Position numbers and translations under genes: made by a program
Virus record (IMG/VR): IMGVR_UViG_3300036773_000146
Location: 64,001-128,000 of that record
Direction: 5' to 3' (one strand)
DNA from: a virus
Length of the DNA: 64,000 bases
The notes under the pieces: generated by a model
What the model was told of the DNA's origin: nothing
Database searches by the model: none
Seen by the model: the letters and a program-made list of their open reading frames with translations, nothing else
Part shown: in pieces, positions 36,620-46,677 of the stretch
Layout: the number at the start of each line of letters is the position of its first letter
How positions within the stretch are numbered: position 1 is the stretch's first letter

Positions 36620-37915
36620 ATGAGCGCACGCCCTTTCCGGGCGATGCACTGGGCCGACGACATGCCCCCGATCCGCAACGACAAGGGGCACGTGGATCTG
36701 CTCGCGCATCGCGTGCTCGGCCACCTCGCGCGCCGGGCCAACAACGAGACCCTCCAGGCGTGGCCGACGGTCCAGCAAATGGCCATCCGCACCGGCTTCG
36801 AGCGCCGGGAGATCCGGCGCGCCCTGATGACCCTGGAGAAGCTGGGCATCATCGTCGACTACGGCGAGGCTGACAGCGGCGCCACGATCTGGTTTCTCGC
36901 CCTGAGCGAGCCCGGCCCGGTGGAGCATCTCCAGATGCTCGAAGCCCAGCGGACGGCCATTCTCACGAAATCCAACGCCGAACGGCAGTCGCGGCACCGC
37001 GCCCGCCGTAACAGCACTGGCGGCGTTACGGCGCATCCCGAGCCTGCGACCAGCGAGAGTAACAGCGGAGGCCCCGTTACAGTCCCTAAGGCTCCTGCGC
37101 CGAGTAACAGCGAGGAGCCCGTTATGTCACAGCGAGGAGCCCGTTACGTAACAGCGGAGACCCCGTTACGTAACGCCGCCAGTGCACCCCTAACTACTAA
37201 GGCTCAACTGCCCATGGTTGAACTACCCACGGTTGAACTGCCCACCCCCGCCGACCGCTCAGCCCATCCGACCGAGGAGGCACCCCGCATGCTGAGGAAC
37301 TTCAACGGGTACCGGCCACCCGAGGAACCGGCCAAGCCAACCAAGTCCCGGACGAGCCCGCCCACCGACGACCCGGACTTCGACCGGGCCTGGGAGTTGT
37401 ACGGCTACAAGACCGGGCGCGTGGCTGCGATCAAGAAGTGGGCCCAGGCGATGAAGATCGTGGACGCTGAGACGATCATCGCCGCCATCCCGGCCTACGT
37501 GGCCATCTCCCGCCTGCCCAAAGAGCCCGAGCGCAAGGGCGTGACCATCCGGGCACACTTCGCCACCTGGCTGCACGGCCAGCGCTGGGAGGACGAGATC
37601 GAACCGCCGAGGAAGGGCTATCAGGGCCAAGCCGGGTCCGACGCCCGGCCGCGCCAGGAGTACGAGGACGACACCAAGCACCTTCCGGTCCCGGCGCTCA
37701 TGCGCAAGAGCCCGTTCATCCTCAACCGGCAGGGCTGCTACGCGTGGTACTGGTACTGGAACCGCGACCAGGCCGACTGGGACCTGGACCAGCTGATCGC
37801 CTTCGGGAACACCCCCGACGACGCGCGGGTTCTCCACGAGGTCTTCCGCACCGGACCCCGCGAGGGCTGGGCCGATCTGCTGGCCACCGTCAACATCGAA
37901 ATGGAACGCCCGTGA
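36620..37915 (+). CDS. phage replication initiator (N-terminal wHTH; lambda O-like architecture)
   Basis: LARRAN...AWPTVQQMAIRTG..RREIRRAL..LEKLG; FDRAWELY..K.G..A..W; HFATWLHGQRWEDE; internal iterons; followed by a DnaC-like gene. Confidence 0.8.
   Translation: MSARPFRAMHWADDMPPIRNDKGHVDLLAHRVLGHLARRANNETLQAWPTVQQMAIRTGFERREIRRALMTLEKLGIIVDYGEADSGATIWFLALSEPGPVEHLQMLEAQRTAILTKSNAERQSRHRARRNSTGGVTAHPEPATSESNSGGPVTVPKAPAPSNSEEPVMSQRGARYVTAETPLRNAASAPLTTKAQLPMVELPTVELPTPADRSAHPTEEAPRMLRNFNGYRPPEEPAKPTKSRTSPPTDDPDFDRAWELYGYKTGRVAAIKKWAQAMKIVDAETIIAAIPAYVAISRLPKEPERKGVTIRAHFATWLHGQRWEDEIEPPRKGYQGQAGSDARPRQEYEDDTKHLPVPALMRKSPFILNRQGCYAWYWYWNRDQADWDLDQLIAFGNTPDDARVLHEVFRTGPREGWADLLATVNIEMERP
37008..37174. 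repeat. five 22-bp iterons GTAACAGC-N9-GTTAC (putative origin)
   Basis: units at 37008, 37059, 37104, 37126 and 37148, plus a partial unit at 37170. Confidence 0.85.
37206..37245 (+). repeat. 15-bp tandem repeat AACTRCCCAYGGTTG (x2.7)
   Basis: directly visible downstream of the iterons and an AT-richer patch. Confidence 0.7.
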
Positions 37916-38634
37916 CCGACATCTTGCAGACCAAGTTCGTCACGATCCTCCCGGAGGACGTGTACCCGGACTTCGACATCGACAACGAGCCGGATCCCGG
38001 CCCGCATTTCGATCCGGCCACCGGCGAGCACTCACCCGCGTACCTGGCCGATCGTGACCTGTGGGGCCTGGTGCGCCGGTACATCCGGATGCACTCGCGC
38101 AAGTACGTGCCCGAGCCGGAGTCGTACTCGATGCCCGAGCCGGTGCATGCCTGGGCCGAACGCTTCTGCACTGGAGAGCTGAGCGAGAAGCCGGTGCTGC
38201 TGCTGTACGGCCCCGTCGGGGTAGGCAAGACCTACTCGGCCAGCGCCCTGGCCTGCTACCTCGGTGCCTTCTGGCCGAAGATGTTCTTCACCGACGCGCC
38301 GACGATCGTGTTCAAGACCGCCAGCGTGCTGCTGCGCGAACTGAAGAACTTCAGCGCGAGCGAGAGCCGGGACCGGGCGGGCTTCGAGGTGACCCGGGCC
38401 AAGGTGCTGGTGGTCGACGACCTGACCCGATTCAAGGTCACCGACTACGACATGGAATCCCTGGGCGAAGTGATCGACTACCGGAACCAGCATGGCCAGC
38501 CGACGGTCATCACGATCAACAACATCACGAACCTGCCCGATCAGCTGCCCGAGATGCTGCCGGAGTTCCTGGCCAGCCGCCTGCTCGCGGGATACTCGAT
38601 CCCGATCTTCGGCCCGGATCGGCGGCGATCCTGA
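37912..38634 (+). CDS. DnaC/IstB-like AAA+ helicase loader
   Basis: LLYGPVGVGKT, LVVDDL, IDYR....PTVIT.N, ASRL, GPDRR. Confidence 0.88.
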   Translation: MTDILQTKFVTILPEDVYPDFDIDNEPDPGPHFDPATGEHSPAYLADRDLWGLVRRYIRMHSRKYVPEPESYSMPEPVHAWAERFCTGELSEKPVLLLYGPVGVGKTYSASALACYLGAFWPKMFFTDAPTIVFKTASVLLRELKNFSASESRDRAGFEVTRAKVLVVDDLTRFKVTDYDMESLGEVIDYRNQHGQPTVITINNITNLPDQLPEMLPEFLASRLLAGYSIPIFGPDRRRS

Positions 38635-38636
38635 GG

Positions 38637-38666
38637 TGGACAGCGAACTACCCGTTCTGGTAGTCT
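38637..38666 (+). promoter_or_regulatory. sigma70-type promoter with palindromic operator
   Basis: TGGACA-18-TAGTCT; ACTACCCGTTCTGGTAGT at 38647-38664. Confidence 0.65.
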
Positions 38667-38697
38667 CATCTTACCAGCCCGCACCGGAGGGAAAATC

Positions 38698-40659
38698 ATG
38701 ATCACTTGGGCCGAATTCGAGTTGCTCTGCGAGCAGCAGATGCCGGGCTACGAGCCCCGTCCGCAGCAGCGCAAGCTGGCCACGGCGATCGAGGACTCCC
38801 TCGCCACCGGAGAGGTCATCATCGGCCAGGGCGGCACCGGCGTGGGCAAGTCCTTCGCCAACCTGGTCCCGGCCGTGGCGCACAGCAAGCTCACGAAGCA
38901 GCCGGTCATCGTCTCCACGGCCACCAAGGCCCTCCAGTCGCAGTACGCGAACCAGGATGTGCCCCGGCTCCAGGAGATGCTCTCCGAGGAGGATGGCGTT
39001 CCGGGCTTCACCGCAGCCGTGGTCAAGGGCCGGGCCTCGTTCGTCTGCCACCAGAAGCTCAAGGAGCTGACCCCGGGCGACGTCGAGCGGATCGAGCAGC
39101 TGCGCGCCGAGGTGACCGTCGCGGGTCACACCGGCGACCTGGACGACGTCACGACCCCGTTGCAGCCCTACGAGCGCGGCAAGGTCGTCACCAGCTCCGA
39201 CGAGTGCCCCGGCAAGCGCGACTGCCCGTTCGGCGACATCTGCTTCGCCGAGGCAGCCAAGGCCCGCGCCCATTCGGCCAACATCGTGATCGTCAACCAC
39301 GCGGCCCTGATCACCGACCTGAAGCTCAAGATGGAGACCGACGGCAAGGCGGGCATGCTGCCCGACGCGTCGGCCGTGGTCATCGACGAGTCGCACGAGC
39401 TGAGCAACTACGCGACCAACACCCTGGGCGGCGAGGTCACCCACCGGGGGATCAAAAACGTCACGGGCGAGGTGGCCAACCTGACCGGTCCGGCCGGTGG
39501 CCCGGCCGTCGGCGCAGTCCTGCATGCCGCCGAGGAGTTGTTCGGCCACCTGGGCAACCTGGTGCAGCGCGAGCGCACGGTGAAGCTCACCGACGAGGCC
39601 ATCCTGGCCGCTGAGAACGTCATTGCGGGCTTCCTGGGCGCCATGGCGGGTCTGCACCGGGTCGTGGTGGGTTTCCCCGTCCACGGCGACGACAACGCCG
39701 CGATGAAGCGCAAGCGGCTGATGAAGAAGACCAGCGCCCTGTCGGGCAAGCTTTCCGAGATCATCACCGCCGACCCGGAGGACATGGTCCGCTGGATCGA
39801 GTCCGACGAGAAGCGCGGTGTGCTGCTCAAGTACGCGCCCCTGCACGTCGGCCCGTTCCTGCGCGAGATGATCTGGAACCGGACGCCCGCCGTGCTCACC
39901 TCGGCGACCGTGGCGATCGGCTCGGACTTCTCCTTCGTGGCCGAGCAGCACGGCATCGACGAGTACAACGCGGTCGACGCCGGAACCCCGTTCGACTACC
40001 CGAAGCAGGCCCGGCTGTACGTGCCCAAGGGCTGCGTGCCGGACGCGGCAGGCCGGGGCAACTGGGAGATGCAGTTGCAGATCACCGCCAGCGAGCTGAT
40101 CCCGGCGGCGGGCGGCCGGACGTTGCTGCTGTTCAGCTCGCGGACGTCGATGAACACCGCGCACCGCACCCTGACTCCGATGCTGCGCAAGCGCGGCTTC
40201 ACCATCCTGAAGCAGGGCGAGGACACCACCAAGGCCCTGGCGGCGAAGTTCAAGGCCGACGAGTCGTCGGTCCTGTTCGGGCTGGCCTCGTTCGGCACCG
40301 GTTTCGACGTGCAGGGCGACGCGCTGCGACTGGTCATCATCGACAAGATGCCGTTCCCGGTGCCGACCGACGTGATCTTCAAGGCCCGCTGCGAGGCGAT
40401 CGACAAGCACGCCCGGGGCTGGAACGACGGGGCGTTCATGAAGCTCTCGGTGCCGATGATGGCACTGTCGCTGTTGCAGTGGGCCGGTCGGCTGATCCGC
40501 TCGACCGGTGATGAGGGCCTGCTGGTGATCATGGATTCACGGCTGGACACCAAGGGCTACGGCAAGAAGGTCCGCGCCGCCCTCCCGGCCGCCGGTCGGC
40601 TCGGCAACCTCGGCGAGGCCGTGGACTACCTGGAAGAGCTTTCCTCCCGCCGCGACTAG
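38698..40659 (+). CDS. dinG: DinG/YoaA-family Fe-S helicase
   Basis: RPQQ, GTGVGKS, KGR..FVC, C....CPF...CF, IDESH, TSAT, GFDVQG, DKMPF, Q.AGRLIR. Confidence 0.93.
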   Translation: MITWAEFELLCEQQMPGYEPRPQQRKLATAIEDSLATGEVIIGQGGTGVGKSFANLVPAVAHSKLTKQPVIVSTATKALQSQYANQDVPRLQEMLSEEDGVPGFTAAVVKGRASFVCHQKLKELTPGDVERIEQLRAEVTVAGHTGDLDDVTTPLQPYERGKVVTSSDECPGKRDCPFGDICFAEAAKARAHSANIVIVNHAALITDLKLKMETDGKAGMLPDASAVVIDESHELSNYATNTLGGEVTHRGIKNVTGEVANLTGPAGGPAVGAVLHAAEELFGHLGNLVQRERTVKLTDEAILAAENVIAGFLGAMAGLHRVVVGFPVHGDDNAAMKRKRLMKKTSALSGKLSEIITADPEDMVRWIESDEKRGVLLKYAPLHVGPFLREMIWNRTPAVLTSATVAIGSDFSFVAEQHGIDEYNAVDAGTPFDYPKQARLYVPKGCVPDAAGRGNWEMQLQITASELIPAAGGRTLLLFSSRTSMNTAHRTLTPMLRKRGFTILKQGEDTTKALAAKFKADESSVLFGLASFGTGFDVQGDALRLVIIDKMPFPVPTDVIFKARCEAIDKHARGWNDGAFMKLSVPMMALSLLQWAGRLIRSTGDEGLLVIMDSRLDTKGYGKKVRAALPAAGRLGNLGEAVDYLEELSSRRD

Positions 40660-40673
40660 CAGGAGGATGCGAG

Positions 40674-40710
40674 ACGAGACCCCCGCGACCGGTGAGCGCG
40701 GGGGTCTCGT
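40674..40710. terminator. bidirectional terminator between convergent dinG and tail operon
   Basis: ACGAGACCCCCGCG...CGCGGGGGTCTCGT, 14-bp stem. Confidence 0.8.
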
Positions 40711-40714
40711 CGTC

Positions 40715-41368
40715 TCACCAGATGGCCAGCCACGGAGCCCGGGTGGTCGGCGCCAGACTCGTCATGGTCAGCGCCGAGGGCAGCGCGGTGAGCCCGGTCC
40801 CGTAGGAGGCCTGCCGGTAGATGCCCTGGGTGATCAGCTGACCGGAGCCGACTCCGGCGACCGACGGTGCCGAGCCGACCAGCGTGGGCATGACCGTGCC
40901 GACGATCAGCGCGGCCGCGTAGCAGGCGCCGGTGCCGTCCAGGGTCGCCGGAGTCAGCAGAGCCGGGCCGTACTCCCCGGGCGCCGTCAGCAGGGACGTC
41001 AGATCGGTCGTCTGGCCGAGCAGCATGCCGTTGATGTCGTAGAGGCCCAGGATGTTGCTCCCGGTCGTCAGCGTGCCGCTGGTGGCCAGCGCGAGGCTCA
41101 TCCCGGACACCGACTGGCCGTCCACCCACTGCGGGATCCGCTGGAGCATGAGCACGCCGGACACGGGGGTGATGGCCGGGGTGATGATGGCCGGATCGTG
41201 GCTCCAGCCGAGGTAGCCGTAATCGGCCGGGCCCGGGGTGGCCAGAGCCTGCATGGCCGCGCGGGACGCGCCCTGTACACCGGTCTCCAGGGTGGTCAGG
41301 CGCAGAGCGTTCACCGGTGTCTGCCCGGCGACACCGTCGATCCAGGTCTGCGGGTCGTAGACGGTCAT
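40715..41368 (-). CDS. minor tail/structural protein
   Basis: YDPQTWIDG...TPVNA.RL..LE.GV N-terminus typical of tail fibre/baseplate attachment segments. Confidence 0.65.
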   Translation of the reverse strand: MTVYDPQTWIDGVAGQTPVNALRLTTLETGVQGASRAAMQALATPGPADYGYLGWSHDPAIITPAITPVSGVLMLQRIPQWVDGQSVSGMSLALATSGTLTTGSNILGLYDINGMLLGQTTDLTSLLTAPGEYGPALLTPATLDGTGACYAAALIVGTVMPTLVGSAPSVAGVGSGQLITQGIYRQASYGTGLTALPSALTMTSLAPTTRAPWLAIW

Positions 41369-44300
41369 CAGGACACTCCCGGGTAAAGGGTCGAGGAGGG
41401 GAACATCAGCGGGTCGGGGTAGTTGGCCAGCGTGGCGTTCTGGTTCGCCGGAGGCAGGGCCTGCGCCCGCTGGATGATCTTGAACTTGTACCACCACCAG
41501 CGCGGCACCGGCTTGTTCCACACCTGGAACCGGGCGTCGGCGCGGATGTCGCCGTAGTCGTCGTAGGGCATGACGTTCGGCGACGAAGCCACGAGCCCAG
41601 CCCGGTGGTCGATGCCGCTCATCAGGCCGCCGTACCAGGGCCGGATCACCAGGGAGCTGATCGTGGAACCGGCCTTGTGGGAGACGGCCTTCCAGACCAG
41701 GGCGGTGCCCGGCTTCTGGTTCAAGTTGATCACCGGCAGTGTCTCCGGGAAGACCAAGACCCCCTCGGGGTTGTTGCGTACCTCGTAGGCCGGGAACCAG
41801 GTGAAGCCGCCGTCATTGGAGAAGCTCCACACGATCGGGTCGGCGAACAAACTGATCGTGTCCACGTCCCACTTGTCCGACGTCGGACCGCGCTGCACGA
41901 CCCGGGCCATGACCATCTGCGTGGTGCTGGGCTTCTGGGCCATGATCTGGCCGTAGGTCAGGGTGCCGTTCTTGGTCACCTGGCCCCAGGTCGGCGCGCC
42001 CGACGGATTGGCCAGCAGCAGGGCGTTGGGGCCCCAGTTGAACCCGGCGAAGCTGGTGTCGATGCTGTAGTTCGGGCCGTCCGGGCGGGTGACGCCGACG
42101 AACATCGAGCCCGCCACGCCGCGCTTCGTACCGGTGATCAGGACGCTGTTGGCGAGTAGCACCGTGCCGACGACCGTGCGCGAGACCAGGGTCTGCACCG
42201 TGCGCAGGCTGGGCAGCGCCGAGTTGTACTCGCGCTGGTTGAGGAAGGCGATCTGGATGTCGGTGTTCATCGGGAGCGGCGCGGGCACCAGCCCGGCCTG
42301 GATGATCGTGCCGTTCTGCACGAGGTTGCCGCTGGCGTCCAGGTAGATCCCGGCGTCGAAATCGAGGCAGGCCACGTTGCCGTAGACCGGACCGAACACG
42401 ATGTTGTCCAGGCCGAAGGTCGCGCCGGAGGCCAGGACGCCGGTGAGGTAGACCACCGCCTGGACCGCGTTCGTCGGCGCCAGGTGGTAGGTGGCCACGT
42501 TCACCCAGGCACTGGTGGTGGCGGTGACCGATTGCGTCGTGGTGGACAGCACCGTGCCGGACGTATTGCGCCACTCCACGTTCATCGTGAGCAGCGTGGT
42601 CGCCGCGCTGGGCTTGACGTCGGCCCGGAACTTGTAGACCGAACCGGCGACCAGGCCGGTGATCGCCGCCGAGGTGCCGACTCCGAAGGCAGCGCTGCTG
42701 GTCGAGGTCACCAGGCAATACGCGCTGCTGCTGTACGGGCCGCCGGTGGACTGCCAGGCCAGCGTCGCGCTACTGCGCCCGGCCCAGCCGGTCGTGTTGG
42801 TGGTGAAGCTCGGGTTGGGTGCGAGGTTGGCGGAAACCGCCAGGCTGCGCAGCCGCAGCGACATCACGCCTTCCCACTGGGCGACGTCCGTCCAGAAGAC
42901 CGCGTCGTTGCTGGACACCACCAGCGGCGGTTTCATGTCGTCGCGCCCGGCGGCCTCGACGCCGTTCGTGGCGTCCCAGCTCGCCAGCGGCGTGGTGGCC
43001 AGGTTGGACGAGCCCACCTGCCAGTTTGTCGGGCCGAAGGCATCCAGCCAGAGCTGCATCGTGGTTGCGTCGATCCAGCCGCCGTTGCCGTTGCGCGGTA
43101 CGCCGACGACTGCGTTGCCCTGTACCCGGCCGTAGTCGGCGGGAACCCAGGAGAAGCGGGTGAAGCGCTGGCCGAGGCGGCCCTTGATGCCGACGGTGCC
43201 GGGCAGGCCCAGGCTGTGGTTGCGGGTGCATTTCCAGACACCGTTCACCCAGAACATGTAGGCGTACTGGGCGTAGGGGCTCGGGCTGGGGTCCAGCTTG
43301 CCCGAGGGCACCTGGTCCGCTGGCAGGCAATCGATCCGGATCACGTCGCCCGCCACCACCGTGTACGGGGTGTTGTTGTTCGTGAGCACGTAGGCACGGG
43401 TGGGGTCCGGCACGCTCCCGCCGAGGTTGCCGAGGTAGCCGGTTTCGGTGATGAAGAGCGGGTTGGCCCGGATCAGGGCCACCGTCGAGGTCGCCGACGA
43501 GCCCATGGTGCCCACGGTGACCGTGAGCGTGCCCCAGGGCGATCCGGTGTTGACCCAGTCGTACTGGCCCTCCACGGTCGACTGGGCGGCGTTGGAGACG
43601 AGATCGAGTGACGACTCGTTGCCGGATCCGTCGACCGGCCAGTTCCAGGACTGACCGGTGTCCATCGGCGGCAGGGTGGTCTGGTTCGCCGCGCTGAAGC
43701 TCGCGACCATGCTCGGACTGGTGTAGCCGGTTGCGAAATCGCGGTAGAGCCAGGGCGTATTCGTCACGCCGTCGCCGACGGTGTAATCGGAGTACCACTC
43801 GACGATCTGGCCCGCCTTCACCACGGCGTCGCTCTCGGCCAGGATGGCCTGGGTCCCGGCGTCCACGATCTGCACGGACAACGGCAGCGTGAGGTCCTTC
43901 TGGGCGGTTACCCGGGCCGCGACATGCACCCGGCCCCCGGCGGGCAGTGCGATGGGCGTCGAGGAGATCCCGCCGTCCTCGCCGGGGACCTGGGAACCGG
44001 CCATGATCTGGCCGTAGGAGGCGTTCTGCGCGAGGAAGGCTCCGTAGGTGCCGTACCCGGCCGCGACGGCGCCCCAGGTCATCGGCGGTTCGGACCGGTC
44101 GATCCGGCGCGTCGAGTCCAGGGTCGGGTTCTGGCTGGAGGAGTCGGAGAGCACCGCGTCGCCGACGACCGTCCAGCTGGCCATGGTCGGGTCGGTCAGG
44201 TCCGGGTCGGCGAGCAGCTGTACCGGTTCGGACTGCTGCGCAGCGAACTGGACGGCCGACACGACACGGTTCGAGGGGAACGGCTGGCTCTTCACCTCGG

Positions 44301-46677
44301 AGTAGCTGCTCTGCCCGGACGTGAGCAGATGATCTTCGGTCAGTATCCAGTTGCCCTGCGCGGAGAGGTTCGCGGTGTCGTAGAACATTTCCACGTACTG
44401 CGGCGCGTCGTCGGTGGACACGTAGTTGAGCTTGTAGGCACCGACCGAGCGGAGCCCGACCATGTATCCGATCTTGGTGACCTGGGTGTAGTCGATCACC
44501 TGGTAGGTGTGCAGGCCGGTGGACTCGAAGCTCGGCGTCACGCCGGTGGTGTGCGTGGGCAGGAAGCTCCACGCCCAGTACGCCTCGCCGATGCGGGCTC
44601 GTGCTTCCTCGTCGTAGACGATGCGCGCCGTGGTCTTGCTCGACGTCGCCCCGGTACCGACGATGGCCGTCTGGCCGCCGTCGAGCGTCTGGGTCAGGGT
44701 GTTGACGGTGTAGACGTTGTTCTGGCCGGGGAAGAGGGCGCTCAGCCCGGCCGTAGAGACGTTCCCCGTGTCGCTGACGGCCCGCTGCCACATCGCCGAG
44801 GGGAAGACCTGCACGCTCTTCTGGACGGGCTTGTAGACCTCGTAGGGCTGCGGGCTGAGGTTGGTGAACTCCAGCTTCCAGTACTTGGCCCGCTGCGGGC
44901 TGAAGCTCATGTAGCCCTTGCGCAGGATGTAGCTGCGGGCGATGGGGGTCCACTCCATGTCCGCGTAGCGGTCCGGCGCGCCGCCGATCATCGCGGCCGG
45001 GAAGTCGACGGTGTAGAGGCTCGGGTGGTAGCGCACCAACGCGTTGTCCGTACGCGGGTCGTTGACGCCCAGGTAGGTCGAGCCCAGCACGTACGGGAAC
45101 GGATCGGTGAGGAAGTCCTCGCGGGTGGCGTCGTCCAGCACCGCGTCCTGCTTGATCACCAGCGCCTGCATGATGCCCTTGAACACGCCGGGGCTGGTGC
45201 CGAGCCAGCCGCCGATGCGGATGGTGGTGACGTCCTGGACGAACGCCACGCTGACCGCCTGGGAGCCGCTGAACTCGACCCGGCCGTAGCGGACGGCCAC
45301 GCCGAAGTCCGTGCCGTCATACCAGGCGGTGAAGTTCAACGGCGTGTTCGGATCGAAGCCGAGGAAGACCGGGTCCGGGTCGCCCAGCTGCGGGTCGGGA
45401 CCGGGGGTGGTGATGTCGGCCGCGCCCACACCCAGCGGCGCCGTCTGGGTGACCAGCAGAAGGGCATCGCCGAACTCGGTGGTCAGCAACGGCCCCTGCG
45501 GCGTCCAGGTCAGCGTGAAGGCTCCGCAATCGATGATCGGGTGGTCGTCGTTCTGAGTGCCGTGGGCGAACTTCCAGTTCAGCTGGCCGCCCACCCACCA
45601 GGGGCGCGACGGGTCGAAGCTGATGCCCCGGTTGTCGAGGTCGACGAAGCCGATCGCGTCGATCAGCGTCGGGTCGTTGAAGTGCAGGACGTCGCCGGTG
45701 ATGCCCTGGCTGTTGTTGACCTGGGCGATCGCGGGTGGGATCGGATCGGAGTTGGCGGTGAACGCACCGGTGGGCTCCGAGTTCGACCAGTAGAGGTTCA
45801 CCGTGGGCCCGTCGTAGAGCGGGTCCAGGTAGAGCCGGTCGAGAATCTGGCCCGCGCCGAGGGAATCCCGGCAGTCCAGGTAGTAGTTGACCACCGCCCA
45901 GGGGATCGGCTGCGGTTCGGATTTCCACACGGTGGTCAGGCCGTTCGAGCCGGAGGTCGTGCCGATGGCGTTGGTGGCCGCGTTGACGCGCACCGAGAAA
46001 TCGACGACCGAGCCGAACAGGTCGCTGGTGCTGGCGAAGGTGTCGCGCTGTTCACCGGTGCCCGGGGTCGTCCACGGCACGTCGGCCAGCTGCGTGATCG
46101 CGTAGGTGAGGTTCAGGTTGCGGATGGCCAGCGAGTAGGGAATGGCGACGGCCTGGGCGTTGGTCGGCGCGTTGCCCAGCGTGCTGCGCGAGAGCAGGAT
46201 GCGCAGGTTCTTCGTCGATACCGGCTTGATCGAGAAGCTGACCGTGCGCCAGTGGCCGGTGAAGCTGTGCTGCGGGTGCAGGTGACCACTGACCGACTGA
46301 GGCGAGGGCAGGACGCCGGGCACCGAGTCGCGCACGGCCGCCGAGATCGGCACCGGCGAGGCCGCGCTGGCGTCCAGGCATGCGGTCCAGACCTTCGTCT
46401 GGTCGTCGTAGAACTCGACGGTCACGTCCTGCGGGAAGATCGCGACATCGAACTCCAGCTGGTTGATCCGGCGCGCGGCCGCCAGGGTGATCTGCATGAC
46501 CTCCCGCGAGGTGTCCGTCGCCGCGCGGGCCGGAGTCGACCAGAAACGCTGTGTGTCCACGCTCTGCTGGGTCGAGCCGACCTGGTTCTGCTGGATGCCC
46601 TCGACGAGGTCGTCCAGGCTCATGCCGCCCGTCCAGGCACCGGCGACGGCGGAATTCGGGTCGGGCGTCGTCGTCAT
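41368..46677 (-). CDS. large (~1770 aa) baseplate/tail protein with carbohydrate-binding-like modules
   Basis: beta-rich; NLAPNPSFTTNTTGW...LDNIVF CBM-like domain; follows the wedge genes. Confidence 0.75.
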   Translation of the reverse strand: MTTTPDPNSAVAGAWTGGMSLDDLVEGIQQNQVGSTQQSVDTQRFWSTPARAATDTSREVMQITLAAARRINQLEFDVAIFPQDVTVEFYDDQTKVWTACLDASAASPVPISAAVRDSVPGVLPSPQSVSGHLHPQHSFTGHWRTVSFSIKPVSTKNLRILLSRSTLGNAPTNAQAVAIPYSLAIRNLNLTYAITQLADVPWTTPGTGEQRDTFASTSDLFGSVVDFSVRVNAATNAIGTTSGSNGLTTVWKSEPQPIPWAVVNYYLDCRDSLGAGQILDRLYLDPLYDGPTVNLYWSNSEPTGAFTANSDPIPPAIAQVNNSQGITGDVLHFNDPTLIDAIGFVDLDNRGISFDPSRPWWVGGQLNWKFAHGTQNDDHPIIDCGAFTLTWTPQGPLLTTEFGDALLLVTQTAPLGVGAADITTPGPDPQLGDPDPVFLGFDPNTPLNFTAWYDGTDFGVAVRYGRVEFSGSQAVSVAFVQDVTTIRIGGWLGTSPGVFKGIMQALVIKQDAVLDDATREDFLTDPFPYVLGSTYLGVNDPRTDNALVRYHPSLYTVDFPAAMIGGAPDRYADMEWTPIARSYILRKGYMSFSPQRAKYWKLEFTNLSPQPYEVYKPVQKSVQVFPSAMWQRAVSDTGNVSTAGLSALFPGQNNVYTVNTLTQTLDGGQTAIVGTGATSSKTTARIVYDEEARARIGEAYWAWSFLPTHTTGVTPSFESTGLHTYQVIDYTQVTKIGYMVGLRSVGAYKLNYVSTDDAPQYVEMFYDTANLSAQGNWILTEDHLLTSGQSSYSEVKSQPFPSNRVVSAVQFAAQQSEPVQLLADPDLTDPTMASWTVVGDAVLSDSSSQNPTLDSTRRIDRSEPPMTWGAVAAGYGTYGAFLAQNASYGQIMAGSQVPGEDGGISSTPIALPAGGRVHVAARVTAQKDLTLPLSVQIVDAGTQAILAESDAVVKAGQIVEWYSDYTVGDGVTNTPWLYRDFATGYTSPSMVASFSAANQTTLPPMDTGQSWNWPVDGSGNESSLDLVSNAAQSTVEGQYDWVNTGSPWGTLTVTVGTMGSSATSTVALIRANPLFITETGYLGNLGGSVPDPTRAYVLTNNNTPYTVVAGDVIRIDCLPADQVPSGKLDPSPSPYAQYAYMFWVNGVWKCTRNHSLGLPGTVGIKGRLGQRFTRFSWVPADYGRVQGNAVVGVPRNGNGGWIDATTMQLWLDAFGPTNWQVGSSNLATTPLASWDATNGVEAAGRDDMKPPLVVSSNDAVFWTDVAQWEGVMSLRLRSLAVSANLAPNPSFTTNTTGWAGRSSATLAWQSTGGPYSSSAYCLVTSTSSAAFGVGTSAAITGLVAGSVYKFRADVKPSAATTLLTMNVEWRNTSGTVLSTTTQSVTATTSAWVNVATYHLAPTNAVQAVVYLTGVLASGATFGLDNIVFGPVYGNVACLDFDAGIYLDASGNLVQNGTIIQAGLVPAPLPMNTDIQIAFLNQREYNSALPSLRTVQTLVSRTVVGTVLLANSVLITGTKRGVAGSMFVGVTRPDGPNYSIDTSFAGFNWGPNALLLANPSGAPTWGQVTKNGTLTYGQIMAQKPSTTQMVMARVVQRGPTSDKWDVDTISLFADPIVWSFSNDGGFTWFPAYEVRNNPEGVLVFPETLPVINLNQKPGTALVWKAVSHKAGSTISSLVIRPWYGGLMSGIDHRAGLVASSPNVMPYDDYGDIRADARFQVWNKPVPRWWWYKFKIIQRAQALPPANQNATLANYPDPLMFPSSTLYPGVS

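Noticed and set aside
37008-37174. Repeat array as a CRISPR
   Set aside because: Units are partly head-to-tail without unique spacers and lie inside a replication initiator gene; iterons fit better
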